Shown here: one piece after another, positions 1-9,698 of the stretch
How positions within the stretch are numbered: the first letter of the stretch is position 1
Layout of the letters: each line of letters starts with the position of its first letter
NCBI GenBank assembly: GCA_963785305.1
Contig: CAWAUV010000005.1
Coordinates: 32,001-96,000 of the forward strand
Source: an uncultured Planctomycetaceae bacterium
Lineage (GTDB): Bacteria; Planctomycetota; Planctomycetia; Pirellulales; PALSA-1355
Direction: 5' to 3'
Length of the DNA stretch: 64,000 bases
The notes under the pieces: generated by a model
Database searches by the model: none
The model's input: only the letters and a program-made list of their open reading frames with translations
What the model was told of the DNA's origin: nothing
Made by a program: the position numbers and the translations under genes

Positions 1-1339
1 CGGGAATCGTGCGGGCATAATTCTTCATGATTGCCCAACTCGCATAGGTGCTGAATTTGTTGCCGCGAGCATAATCGAACTTCTCCACGGCCCGAATCAG
101 CGACATATTCCCATCGCTCACCAACTCGAAGAAATTATCGGCCTGACCCACGTGCCGCTTGGCGATCGAAACCACCAGCCGCAAGTTGGCCCGCACGATC
201 CGATTCTTGATCGCCACGGCCTGATCGTAGAGCCGCTCGATCTCGTCCATCACCGTGCCCTTGGCGCGGGCCGGGTCCACTCCCTCGCGCAGCTTCGCGG
301 CGCGATATTTCAAATAGTTGAACATCCGAAACAGGTGCTGCTCCTGCTCGCGCGAGAGCAGCGGCACTTCGTAGAGGCTGGCCAAGTAGGGTGGCAGCCC
401 CGCCGGCAGACGCTGCTTCTTCGATCCGCCCTCGGTGTTTTCCGGCATCGGTCCCAGGATCGCGCGCTCCGCCGTCGGACGCGAGAACTCCGAATTCGGG
501 ATACAGTCGAGCGGAAGTTCCGCGACCCGCCGAGCCCGAATCTCGTTGATCGCCCGATAAATGCTCGTTTTCGTGCGGCAATAGCGCTTCGCCAACGATT
601 CGACCGTCGCCCCGCGACGGTGCTGCTGGTGAATCTTCTTCTTCGTCTCTTCCGACAAGGGGCCGGTGAGATTGGGGAAGACGGCCATTTCCGGGTGATC
701 CTGATCGAACTGCTTGAGCGTGTAACGCACGGTTTCCACGCTGCGGCCCATGCGTTTGGCCACTCGGCGCGTGACATCGGCCGGGCAACCGCCGGCGAGC
801 GAAAGCCGCCGCGCCTTCACCACGATCTCGCCCCGTTCCTCGTCGCTCAACTGGCTGAAATTGGCTCCGCGGCGCACACGATCTTCATTGCGGCTCACGA
901 ACTGATCCACGGAGCTCGCCAAAAAACCGACCCGCTTCCGTCCGTCGAATAGGAATCGCCGGCTCACGAGCCCCTGCTGCCGCCAGCGCGAAATCGTCTT
1001 GGTGCTCACCTTGAACATCCGGCTGAGCTCATCGACCGTGAGCACTTTCTCGCCGGCCTTCTCGGCCTGCACATCGGCCGCGTCGGACAGATCCTCGACG
1101 AACAGCCGCAGATCATGTCCAGCGGCCTCGCCCGTGAGCTTGAGGTTTGGAAACGACTCGGGCCGGTACTCGGTGATGCGGTGGCAGAGATACTCGTAGG
1201 TGTAGGTGCGAGCCGGTTCGAGTTCGCCCAGCAACTTTTCCGCGCGATTGACCTGTTCGATCTTCCGATCTCGCGGGGCAAATCGCACCTGCTGGTCTCG
1301 AAGCTGTCGCAGGATAGGATTCAAGTAGTCGGCGTGCAT
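1..1339 (-). CDS. Planctomycete-type sigma-70 family RNA polymerase sigma factor with long N-terminal HTH-containing extension (3' end runs off window)
   Basis: Not in ORF track because it is open at the edge. Manual translation from ATG at 1339 gives MHADYLNPILRQLRDQQVRFAPR...LTVDELSRMFKVSTKTISRWRQQG (MerR-like HTH). The same frame ends in sigma region 2: AVEKFDYARGNKFSTYASWAIMKNYARTIP. Confidence 0.9.
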   Translation of the reverse strand, partial: MHADYLNPILRQLRDQQVRFAPRDRKIEQVNRAEKLLGELEPARTYTYEYLCHRITEYRPESFPNLKLTGEAAGHDLRLFVEDLSDAADVQAEKAGEKVLTVDELSRMFKVSTKTISRWRQQGLVSRRFLFDGRKRVGFLASSVDQFVSRNEDRVRRGANFSQLSDEERGEIVVKARRLSLAGGCPADVTRRVAKRMGRSVETVRYTLKQFDQDHPEMAVFPNLTGPLSEETKKKIHQQHRRGATVESLAKRYCRTKTSIYRAINEIRARRVAELPLDCIPNSEFSRPTAERAILGPMPENTEGGSKKQRLPAGLPPYLASLYEVPLLSREQEQHLFRMFNYLKYRAAKLREGVDPARAKGTVMDEIERLYDQAVAIKNRIVRANLRLVVSIAKRHVGQADNFFELVSDGNMSLIRAVEKFDYARGNKFSTYASWAIMKNYARTIP

Positions 1340-1597
1340 TGAGGCATCCCCCCTCTTTCTCATTTCGTCCGTGTTCGGTCGGTGTCCTTGCGATGCTCCG
1401 CCCCGACAGAACTTTGTTCCGGCCCGCCCACCATCCCAGTGCTGGGTGGCCCTCGGGCGGCGGCCGGTGAATTTCTACCTCTTATTACCGAATTCGCGTG
1501 AAGGTCTTACAAGGATTTGATTTTTTTGTGGATTGAGTGGATTGAATCGAAAAAACGCTCAAGTTCCACCCCAGCAGCTATACCGCAACCGGTCTAA

Positions 1598-1639
1598 AGT
1601 GTTTCAAAATGGGCCCTGAGTGTTTCAAGATGGGCCCTG
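1598..1639. repeat. 21-bp tandem direct repeat (2 copies) in AT-richer divergent intergenic region
   Basis: AGTGTTTCAAAATGGGCCCTG (1598-1618) followed by AGTGTTTCAAGATGGGCCCTG (1619-1639); one mismatch. Confidence 0.8.
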
Positions 1640-2107
1640 CCAGCGCCTCGTTTTGATACACCCCGGTGGCCCGCGGGACCTTGCCAATCCATACGATCCT
1701 TGGGCCGAGCCACCATCGAATCGCCAAGCGAAATTTGGACACCCTTTATACGCCTAAAAGTCACTGGGGTTTTATTAAAGTTCGCGCGACCAAACTCCTC
1801 CCCGCCATTTTTCCCAGGAGAGTCTCGTTGCGTTATTCGCAAGTTATTGCAATTTATCGTTTTAGCGTCGCGATCCCCCTCTTGATGTCCACCATCGCAC
1901 AAAGCCAATTCGCTCGCCGCCGCAGCAAACCGGCAATCCCAGTGCATGCCACGCATTCATCCTAACCACCCAAAACGCGACGATCGGGCGATCCTGCTCA
2001 ATTGGGGTCACTCCGGGCGCCGATGAAACCCGAAGGCCCCAACCCGGAATCTTCCTTCCGGAGGGCAGCAAATAGTGTTCCTCGAACCAGGGAAGGAACG
2101 AGAGGAA

Positions 2108-3511
2108 ATGTCTCATTACCGCTTTGCCGCGGCGCTCTGCGCCTCGCTCGCCCTATTTTCGGCCGGATTATCCCAGGCCGACGACAAGCGATTTTCTCTC
2201 GCGGCGCCTCTTTCGACCCAGGCTTTCACACGAGTGAAAGTGTCCATGAAGGTCGGCGGCGATCTTTTTTTACAATCGCAGAAAAAGAGTGCGCCCGACA
2301 TGCGTCCGCTGCCCATGAGCGCCGAAGCCGAGTTGACATATGACGAGAAAGTCACGCAAATCGGCGAAGCCGCTCGCGCGATTCGCTTTTACCAGCAGGC
2401 CGAAGCGAAGTTCAAAATGGAAAAGGGGGGCGAAACGCCGCGATTGGCGGATTCCCGCAGGTTGATCGCCGTTCAAGCTGGTCTCCAGGGAGTCAACTTC
2501 CTCTCTCCCAATGGCCCGCTCACGCGAGAAGAGCTCGATCTGATTGATCTGCCGGCCAATTCGCTCCTGCTGGGCCGTTTGCTGCCCACGAATGAAGTTC
2601 GCGTCGGCGATCACTGGAAACACTCCGATGAACTGCTGGCCCGGCTGCTGGGCCTCGATGTGATCAGCCAGTCGACCGCCGAGAGCACGCTAGCGAGTGT
2701 CGCGGAAGGCATTGCCCGCGTGTCAATGCAGGGCGGGGCCCAAGGGGCTGTCGATGGCGTGACCGCCAAGCTCGAATTCAAAGCCAAATACGAAGTCGAC
2801 CTCGAGGCCCACCGAATCGTCTACTTCGCATTGCTGATCAAGGACAAGCGCCCGCCGGGCCAAGTGAATCCGGGCCTCGATGTGGTGGCCAAGCTGGTGA
2901 TGGAGCTCGCGCCGCTCGAATCGAGCGACGAGCTTACCGAGGAGCAGGTCTCGCGTCAGCCTGATTTCGAATCTCGCGAATCGACGCTGCTCGTCTTTCG
3001 CCCTGTTCACGGCGGCTACGAATTGCCCTACGAACGCCGCTGGTATGTAACCGGCGCCGAGCGCGATCTGGCGATCTTGCGGCTGATGGACCGTGGCGAA
3101 CTGATTGCCCAGTGCAATATCTCGCCGCTGCCGGCGGCTACCAAGTCGGCCGATGGCCACATGACGCTCGAACAGTATCAAGATCAAGTCAAAGCCGCGC
3201 TCGGCGAACGCTTTGGGCGATTCTTCTCGGCTTCGGAATCCGAGCGGCCCGACAAGCAAGGCAAGCTGTTTTGTGTCGTGGCCGAGGGCGAACAAGCGGC
3301 GCTCCAGCTCCGCTGGATTTACTACCTGATCACCGCGCCCGACGGCGAGCGAGTGAGCGTGGCGTTTACGCTCGAGGAAAAACTCGCCGTCCAGTTTGGC
3401 GCGGCCGACGCCGAGCTCGTGGCGAACCTGCGGATGCTCGAAGCCGAGGCATCCGAGCCCCGGCCCGCCGCCCTGCAAGCCGTGCGCGAGTCGGCTCCGG
3501 CGGAGCGCTAA
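2108..3511 (+). CDS. Secreted hypothetical protein
   Basis: ATG 2108 with purine-rich GAGAGG upstream; signal-peptide-like MSHYRFAAALCASLALFSAGLSQA; long ORF (track 2075..3511) with natural composition. Confidence 0.8.
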   Translation: MSHYRFAAALCASLALFSAGLSQADDKRFSLAAPLSTQAFTRVKVSMKVGGDLFLQSQKKSAPDMRPLPMSAEAELTYDEKVTQIGEAARAIRFYQQAEAKFKMEKGGETPRLADSRRLIAVQAGLQGVNFLSPNGPLTREELDLIDLPANSLLLGRLLPTNEVRVGDHWKHSDELLARLLGLDVISQSTAESTLASVAEGIARVSMQGGAQGAVDGVTAKLEFKAKYEVDLEAHRIVYFALLIKDKRPPGQVNPGLDVVAKLVMELAPLESSDELTEEQVSRQPDFESRESTLLVFRPVHGGYELPYERRWYVTGAERDLAILRLMDRGELIAQCNISPLPAATKSADGHMTLEQYQDQVKAALGERFGRFFSASESERPDKQGKLFCVVAEGEQAALQLRWIYYLITAPDGERVSVAFTLEEKLAVQFGAADAELVANLRMLEAEASEPRPAALQAVRESAPAER

Positions 3512-3652
3512 AACCCAGCTCCCGCCGGGGCCAGGGTTTCGGAACGGGGCATGGACCTCGCGATCGAATTCGCGCTAGAATCGCTTCGGGGGCAGAGCGC
3601 GCGGCGTCTGGATTGCGCGCTTCCGAGCGGTTTGCGCGAAAGGAACATAGTC

Positions 3653-4498
3653 GTGATTCGGCGGGAAACTCTAGCCTCCGATGGCGGCCCGCTCTGGTTG
3701 CTCATCGCCCAGACCGAACACGCCCGGCTCGCCGGCGAGCTCGCCGCCCGGTGGCGCTGGCCCGCGCTGTCGCCGCCCGCTCCATTGCTGGGTTCGCCCT
3801 TGGGCGGGAGCGAGTTTCTTGAAGCCGTGTTCCGGCACGACGATGGCTGGCAGGCGTGGGATACGCGGCCGAGCGTCGATCCGCGGCGCGGCTGCCCGCT
3901 CGCGTTTACGGAAATGCCGATGGATGTTTCCACGGCGCTCTGGACCGGCTCGATCGAAGTCGCCCAGCGAATCGGCCCGTTGGCGACGTTGATGGTGGCC
4001 GGCCACTTTCTCGCGCTCGCCGAGCACCACGATCATTGGCGCCGGGGCAATGCGGCGGCCCGCGCGGCTGGCGAAAGCTTTATCGGCGAAGCGCGGTCCC
4101 GAATCGGCGTCGCCCAGCTCGCGTGGCTAGCCGAACGCGAAACCGCCATCGGGTCGACGGCAGCGCCACAAATCGCCGCGCGCGAAGCCGACGCGGCGCT
4201 CGCTTGGCTCCAGTTCTTCGATGCCCTGAGCCTGTGGCTCTGCTGCCGGGCGCCCGCGAGCCCAGAATCGTTTGCCCTGCCTAGCTCGGGCGCGACGCAC
4301 GCGGCGGCGAGTGTGTGCTTCAGGCCCCGCGCAAGTGAGGCGATCGAGGTCGGCCCGTGGCCGTTTGCCACGCCGGCGTTCAGCTTGCGGGCAATGGCGA
4401 AGTCGGTTCCCGCGCGCCCGGTTGCGCTCGCGGAACTCGATCTGGAAGGTTACCCCGGCGAGGAACTCACTTGGCGATTCGAGCCGAGCGACGAATGA
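3653..4498 (+). CDS. DUF3891 family protein
   Basis: GTG start after AGGA; (M)IRR...WLLIAQTEHARLAGELAARW and HDDGW motifs typical of DUF3891. Confidence 0.75.
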   Translation: MIRRETLASDGGPLWLLIAQTEHARLAGELAARWRWPALSPPAPLLGSPLGGSEFLEAVFRHDDGWQAWDTRPSVDPRRGCPLAFTEMPMDVSTALWTGSIEVAQRIGPLATLMVAGHFLALAEHHDHWRRGNAAARAAGESFIGEARSRIGVAQLAWLAERETAIGSTAAPQIAAREADAALAWLQFFDALSLWLCCRAPASPESFALPSSGATHAAASVCFRPRASEAIEVGPWPFATPAFSLRAMAKSVPARPVALAELDLEGYPGEELTWRFEPSDE

Positions 4499-4843
4499 CC
4501 GAATGATCGGAGAAGCGGCCACGGACGAACACGGAAAGGCACGGAAGGGGATCAAAAACATGAATTTCGGGGACGCTCTTTCCGTGTTCTTCCGTGTCAT
4601 TCCGTGGCTGCTCCCTTCTTATCAATCCGTGGTCGCTCAAAGCGGAACTCGACCTGGAAGGCCACCCCGACAAGGAGCTCACTTGGCGTTTCGAGCCAAA
4701 TGGCGGATTGGCCGAATGATCGGAGAAGCGGCCACGGACGAACACGGAAGGGCACGGAATGGGATCAAAAACATGAATGCCGGGGACGTCCGTTCCGTGT
4801 GCTTCCGTGGCCGCTCCCTTCTTATCAATCCGTGGTCGCTCAA
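4430..4843. repeat. ~212-bp imperfect tandem duplication: last ~70 bp of DUF3891 gene plus a REP-like palindromic element
   Basis: GCGGAACTCGA at 4430 and 4642. Each unit carries GAATGATCGGAGAAGCGGCCACGGACGAACACGGAA...GGGATCAAAAACATGAAT...TTCCGTG...TCCGTGG...CTTCTTATCAATCCGTGGTCGCTCAA, with internal CACGGA/TCCGTG inverted repeats. Confidence 0.9.
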
Positions 4844-5017
4844 GCTGGCGTGGGGACCGATCAGGCGCTACAATGATAGGCATCTCGTCTTGCGGCAAGG
4901 ATTCTCGCCGCGCTGGGTTGATTTGCTTCGATCGCTTGCCGCGCGGCGCCCGAGGGACGCTCCGCCGCCGTCGACACGGAACCGCCCGGAACCTGGAACT
5001 GTTTTCTGGAGAGGCCC

Positions 5018-6634
5018 ATGCGAACCAAGAACACGTTGACGAATTCGCGCCTGCGCTGCCCGGCCGGCCTAACGCTGGTCGAAATGATGGTGGCGATGGC
5101 GATCTCGCTGCTGATGATGGCCGCCGTGGCGCAGCTCTTCGCCTCCGTCAGCGCGGGCGTGAGCGCCAGCCGCGCTTCGATCACCATGAGCGAAGCCCTG
5201 CGGGCCACGGCCCGGCGGTTGCAAAGCGATCTGGGCGGCGTGACCGTCACGATGCAGCCGCCCCGTCGGCCGGAGTCTGGCGAAGGCTATTTCGAGCTGA
5301 TCGAAGGGCCCAACAATGATTCGACGGCCTATAACAACACGAGCGGCAACCTCACGCTGAGTTTGGCCAATGGCGCCGCTATCAACACGCTGACCGGCGA
5401 CGCCGACGATGTGCTCCTCTTCACCACTCGCAGCAAAGATGGCCAGCCGTTTGTCGGCAAGTTCTACAATCCCAACACCGGCAACTACGCGACGGTCGAA
5501 TCGCAAACGGCCGAAGTGGCTTGGTTCGCCGTAGAAAACGGCATGACCGTGCCGATCGTCGGCGTGGGCAACACGATGACGACCGTGCCGCTCTACACGC
5601 TCTATCGCCGCATGCTCCTCGTGGCCCCGGAGTACAATGGCATCGTCAAGTCGATGCCGGGATATACGCTCAAGGCGTTTTTCAATTTGTTCGATCTATC
5701 GGCCCGTTACGACACGACCAATGGCGTGATGGTGCTCAACACGCTCGGCGATCTGACAAAGCGCGAGAATCGCTTCGCGCATGGATATTTTTCGGCCACG
5801 ACGCCGGGACCTCCCTATCCCATCATCGTGACCGGCTCGGCGGGAAACTACAACACGAGCGGAACGGGCCTCCAGGGGCTCGACCCTCTCGATATATATA
5901 GTACTTTACCCGGCTCGACCACGAACCTAAATCGCGTCGGCGAGGATGTGGTGCTCACCAATGTGCTCGCCTTTGATGTGCGGGTCTACGACCCGACCGT
6001 GCCGCTCTATGCCGCGGGCGATTTGATGACGGCGCTCAATCCGGCCGACATCGGTTATTGGACCGCCGCGTCGAACGCGTCGAGCCCGGTCGGGTACGGC
6101 GATTTCGTGGACCTAGGCTATGGCTATAAGTGGAATTGGACCCAGACCAACCCGCCGGTATGGACCTTGTCGGGGGGCACGGCTCTCAACCTCACGCTCT
6201 CAACCTTCTCGGGCCCTCCGCTGACGATGCCGGCCGGTGGCGCCAACTTGGCCTTCGGGCCTTATGGGAGCAGCAACCTTTATAACTTTTACATGCTCTA
6301 CGACACTTGGTCGCAGCATTACGAAGACGCCGGTCCGTGGAACAGCTACATTAATTTTTCCGAGACCAATGCGATTGCCAGTGGCAGTGGTCACTTCGCC
6401 AGCGGCTCCAACGGCTTCGATGACGACGGCAATGGCACAGTTGATGATCCCGCCTCGCCCGCGAGCCCGGCAATTAATGGGAGCAACGGCATCGCGGCAA
6501 CGCCCGGCGAGCAGCAGTATCCGGCGCCGTATCCGACGCCACTCCGCGGCATTCAAGTGAAGATTCGCACCTACGAGCCCGACAGCAAGCAAGTTCGCGA
6601 AGTGACCGTGACCCAAGACTTCCTTCCGCAATAG
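5018..6634 (+). CDS. Large prepilin-type N-terminal cleavage/methylation protein (PulJ/PilW-like pseudopilin)
   Basis: N-terminal AG|LTLVEMMVAMAISLLMMAAV class III signal; C-terminal PAPYPTPLRGIQVKIRTYEPDSKQVREVTVTQDF typical of planctomycete pseudopilins; D-rich GFDDDGNGTVDD. Confidence 0.85.
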   Translation: MRTKNTLTNSRLRCPAGLTLVEMMVAMAISLLMMAAVAQLFASVSAGVSASRASITMSEALRATARRLQSDLGGVTVTMQPPRRPESGEGYFELIEGPNNDSTAYNNTSGNLTLSLANGAAINTLTGDADDVLLFTTRSKDGQPFVGKFYNPNTGNYATVESQTAEVAWFAVENGMTVPIVGVGNTMTTVPLYTLYRRMLLVAPEYNGIVKSMPGYTLKAFFNLFDLSARYDTTNGVMVLNTLGDLTKRENRFAHGYFSATTPGPPYPIIVTGSAGNYNTSGTGLQGLDPLDIYSTLPGSTTNLNRVGEDVVLTNVLAFDVRVYDPTVPLYAAGDLMTALNPADIGYWTAASNASSPVGYGDFVDLGYGYKWNWTQTNPPVWTLSGGTALNLTLSTFSGPPLTMPAGGANLAFGPYGSSNLYNFYMLYDTWSQHYEDAGPWNSYINFSETNAIASGSGHFASGSNGFDDDGNGTVDDPASPASPAINGSNGIAATPGEQQYPAPYPTPLRGIQVKIRTYEPDSKQVREVTVTQDFLPQ

Positions 6635-6723
6635 CTTGCGGAGGCTCTCCGAAGGTCTTGGCCCTTGCGCGGTGGAGAGCGTTGACGGGCGCCGTTCGAG
6701 CGCTTTTCCCGAACGGGGGGACG

Positions 6724-7425
6724 ATGGCTTCGCACTCGGCGCTGGTCCATATTATCGAAGACGAAGTCGAGATTCGCCGCTTTCTGCGAGTTTCGCTCCT
6801 GCATCATGATTTTCGCCTGTGCGAATCATCGACGGCCCGCGAGGGGCTGATGCACATGTCCGCGGAGCCTCCCGATCTCGTGGTGCTCGACCTGGGATTG
6901 CCCGATCTCGATGGCGTCGAGGTGATCCGCCAGATTCGCGAATGGTCGCAGACACCGATCATCGTGCTCTCGGCCCGCGGTCAGGAGAAAGACAAAATCG
7001 CGGCGCTCGACGCCGGGGCCGACGACTATCTCACCAAGCCGTTCGGAGTCGGCGAGCTGCTGGCCCGCATTCGGGCCGCCTTGCGTCGCGCGACCAAAGG
7101 CGATGGCCCCGCCGAGCCGGTGTTTACGCTGGCCGATCTGCGGGTCGACCTCGTGGCGCGGCAAGTAACCAAAGGCGGCGCCGAAGTGCATCTCACGCCC
7201 ACGGAATACCGTCTGCTCACCACCTTGATCCGCCACGCCGGCAAAGTGGTGACCCATCGTCAGTTGCTCAAGGAAGCCTGGGGCCCGGACAGCACCCGCG
7301 AAACCCATTACGTTCGGGTCTACATGGCCCAGTTGCGACAAAAAATCGAATCGGAACCGGCCCGTCCCAAATTCCTGCTCACCGAGCCAGGCGTCGGATA
7401 TCGGCTGAAGGCGGAAAGTTCATAA
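6724..7425 (+). CDS. kdpE: OmpR-family response regulator, KdpE-like
   Basis: Receiver (IIEDE, DLGLPDLDG, ALDAGADDYLTKPFG) plus winged-helix (HLTPTEYRLL, GKVVTHRQLLKEAWGP, YVRVYMAQLRQKIE, LLTEPGVGYRL). Confidence 0.85.
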   Translation: MASHSALVHIIEDEVEIRRFLRVSLLHHDFRLCESSTAREGLMHMSAEPPDLVVLDLGLPDLDGVEVIRQIREWSQTPIIVLSARGQEKDKIAALDAGADDYLTKPFGVGELLARIRAALRRATKGDGPAEPVFTLADLRVDLVARQVTKGGAEVHLTPTEYRLLTTLIRHAGKVVTHRQLLKEAWGPDSTRETHYVRVYMAQLRQKIESEPARPKFLLTEPGVGYRLKAESS

Positions 7426-7452
7426 CGGCCTGTTGAAATATTCAACAGGCCG
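7426..7452. terminator. Perfect 12-bp inverted repeat directly after kdpE stop (terminator-like hairpin or fused IS-end remnant)
   Basis: CGGCCTGTTGAA-ATA-TTCAACAGGCCG; no U-tract follows. Confidence 0.5.
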
Positions 7453-7719
7453 AGCCGCGACAAGCTTTGCTCGACGCTTGGCGAGGTTGATAAGGCCGCG
7501 GGTTTCCAAAATTCGTCGGGCGAGTTGGACTCGCTCGCTCAATCGCCGTTGTTCCGGGAAACGATTGACCGCGGTTTGGTCAGTATCGATACTGGTGGAG
7601 AGGCCACTAGAATTCCCCCATTGCGGCCGACCCGCATCGACGAGGTTTGGGCAATGCGTGAGCCGCGGCGCAACGGCGAAATACTTGGTCGGCGGGCGAC
7701 GAATGCGCGGGCTGTCGAA

Positions 7720-9641
7720 ATGCGACGCATTGCCCGGCGGCCCGTCATCGTCTTCGCCGTCGGCGCCATGGCGGCGCTCACGCTCGCAATCCGTCCTGCG
7801 TTCGCCGACGACGCCGCCCAAAAAACGCGGCCGAATATCGTGCTGATTTTGGCCGATGATCTGGGCTGGGCCGATTTGGGGTGCTACGGAAGTCGATATC
7901 ACCAGACGCCCCATCTCGACGCGTTTGCCAATCGCGGCATGCGGTTTACCCAGGCCTATGCCGCCAGTCCGCTCTGCTCACCCACGCGGGCCAGCGTTCT
8001 CACCGGGCTGTATCCGGCTCGCATCGGCATCACGAATCCGGTGTGTCACGAGAAGGAAGAAATTCTCGCCGCTCGCTTGGTCGAAAGCGCGCCGCCGAGT
8101 ATTCGAGTCTTGCAAGCCGTGAGCGCCACTCGGCTGAAGCTCGACTATTTCACGCTCGCCGAGGCGCTCCAAGAGGCCGGATACGCGACCGGCCACTTCG
8201 GCAAGTGGCATCTTGGTTTGCCGCCCTACGATCCGCTCCATCAGGGCTTCGGGGTCGATTTTCCGCATTGGTCGGGGCCGGGGCCGGCCGGGAGTTATGT
8301 GGCGCCCTGGAAATTTCCGCCCGAGATGCTGCAAGGCAAGCCGGGCGAGCATCTCGAAGAGCGCATGGCGAGCGAGGTCGTGAAGTTCCTGCGCGAGAAT
8401 CGCGATCGGCCTTTCTTCCTCAACTATTGGTGTTTCTCCGTGCATTCACCCTGGAACGCCAAACCGGAACTGGTCGACAAGTATCGCGCCACGGCCGATC
8501 CCAAGCAGCCACGGCGCAACCCAGTCTATGCGGCGATGGTCGAAAGTCTCGACGACGCCGTGGGCCGCGTGGTCCACGAGATCGACGACCTCGGGATCGC
8601 CGATCGCACCGTGATCGTGTTCATGTCCGACAACGGCGGCGTCGATTGGCACGAGCCAAAAATGAAAGCCAACGCCGGCATGGACGACCCGCCGACGAGC
8701 AACCTTCCACTTCGCGGTGGCAAGGCGAGTCTCTATGAAGGCGGCACGCGCGAACCGTTGATCGTGGCTTGGCCGGGCGTCGCCCGGGCCGGCGCCGTGA
8801 GCGACGCGCTCGTGCAAAGCACCGATTTTTATCCGACGATTTTGGAAATATGCGGCCTCGCGCCTCGAGCGGGCCAAAAGTTCGATGGCGTGAGTTTCGC
8901 GCCGGCCCTGCGGGGAGGAAAATCGGTCCGCGACTCGGTGTTTTGCAGTTTTCCGCATTTGAATATCAATCCGGCCGACGAGGGAAAGCCCGGCGCCTAT
9001 GTCCGCGAGGGAGATTGGAAACTCATCCGGCGGTTTCATGGCAACCTGGATCAAACCGACGCGTTCGAGCTATTCAATCTCGCCAACGACCTGGGCGAGA
9101 CAAACAACTTGGCCATCGCCATGCCCGACAAAACTCGCGAGCTCGACGCGCGGCTGACGGAATTTCTTGCCGACACCCGCGCCGTGATACCTCGGCGAAA
9201 CCCGGCCTATGTGCGATTCGACCGTTGGGCCGCCGGCCGCGACGCGAAGCTCACCACCACCGACGATGGCGTCAGCGTGGCTTGCGACCATGATCGGCCG
9301 ACGATCCATCTGCTCCAAACACCGCGCGCGACAGGAGAGTTGATCGTGAGCTTTCGGATGCGCGCACGGAGGGTCGCGATGGGCTCGTGCTCTGGGGCAC
9401 CCATCGCGAGCCGGGCTTTGCCTCGACGCGCCGGATGCAATTTACGCCAACATTCGACGGCGCTTGGCATGATTACGAAGTAACGTTCACCACCTCCGAC
9501 ACGCTCCGCCAACTGCGCATCGATGGCAGCCTCAAGCCGACGCGCGTCGAGTTCCTGTGGATTCGGCTCCGGCGGAAAGACGGCCAATCGCTCGGCGCCT
9601 GGAGCTTCTTGCCCGCGGAATCCAAAGCCCCAGGCAACTGA
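7720..9641 (+). CDS. Secreted arylsulfatase-like sulfatase with C-terminal extra domain (one frameshift near 9370)
   Basis: PNIVLILADDLG, formylglycine motif CSPTRASVLTG, GKWHLG, SDNGG, LRGGKASLYEGGTR. The C-terminal domain continues in ORF 9387..9641. Confidence 0.9.
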
Positions 9642-9698
9642 CATCAAGGGCGCCGCGGCCTGTTGCTTATTTCGATGGCGGCTCGGGGCCCGGCGGAT

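Noticed and set aside
4430..4843. Repeat region as a CRISPR array
   Set aside because: Only two long units, no unique spacers of constant length, and no cas genes.
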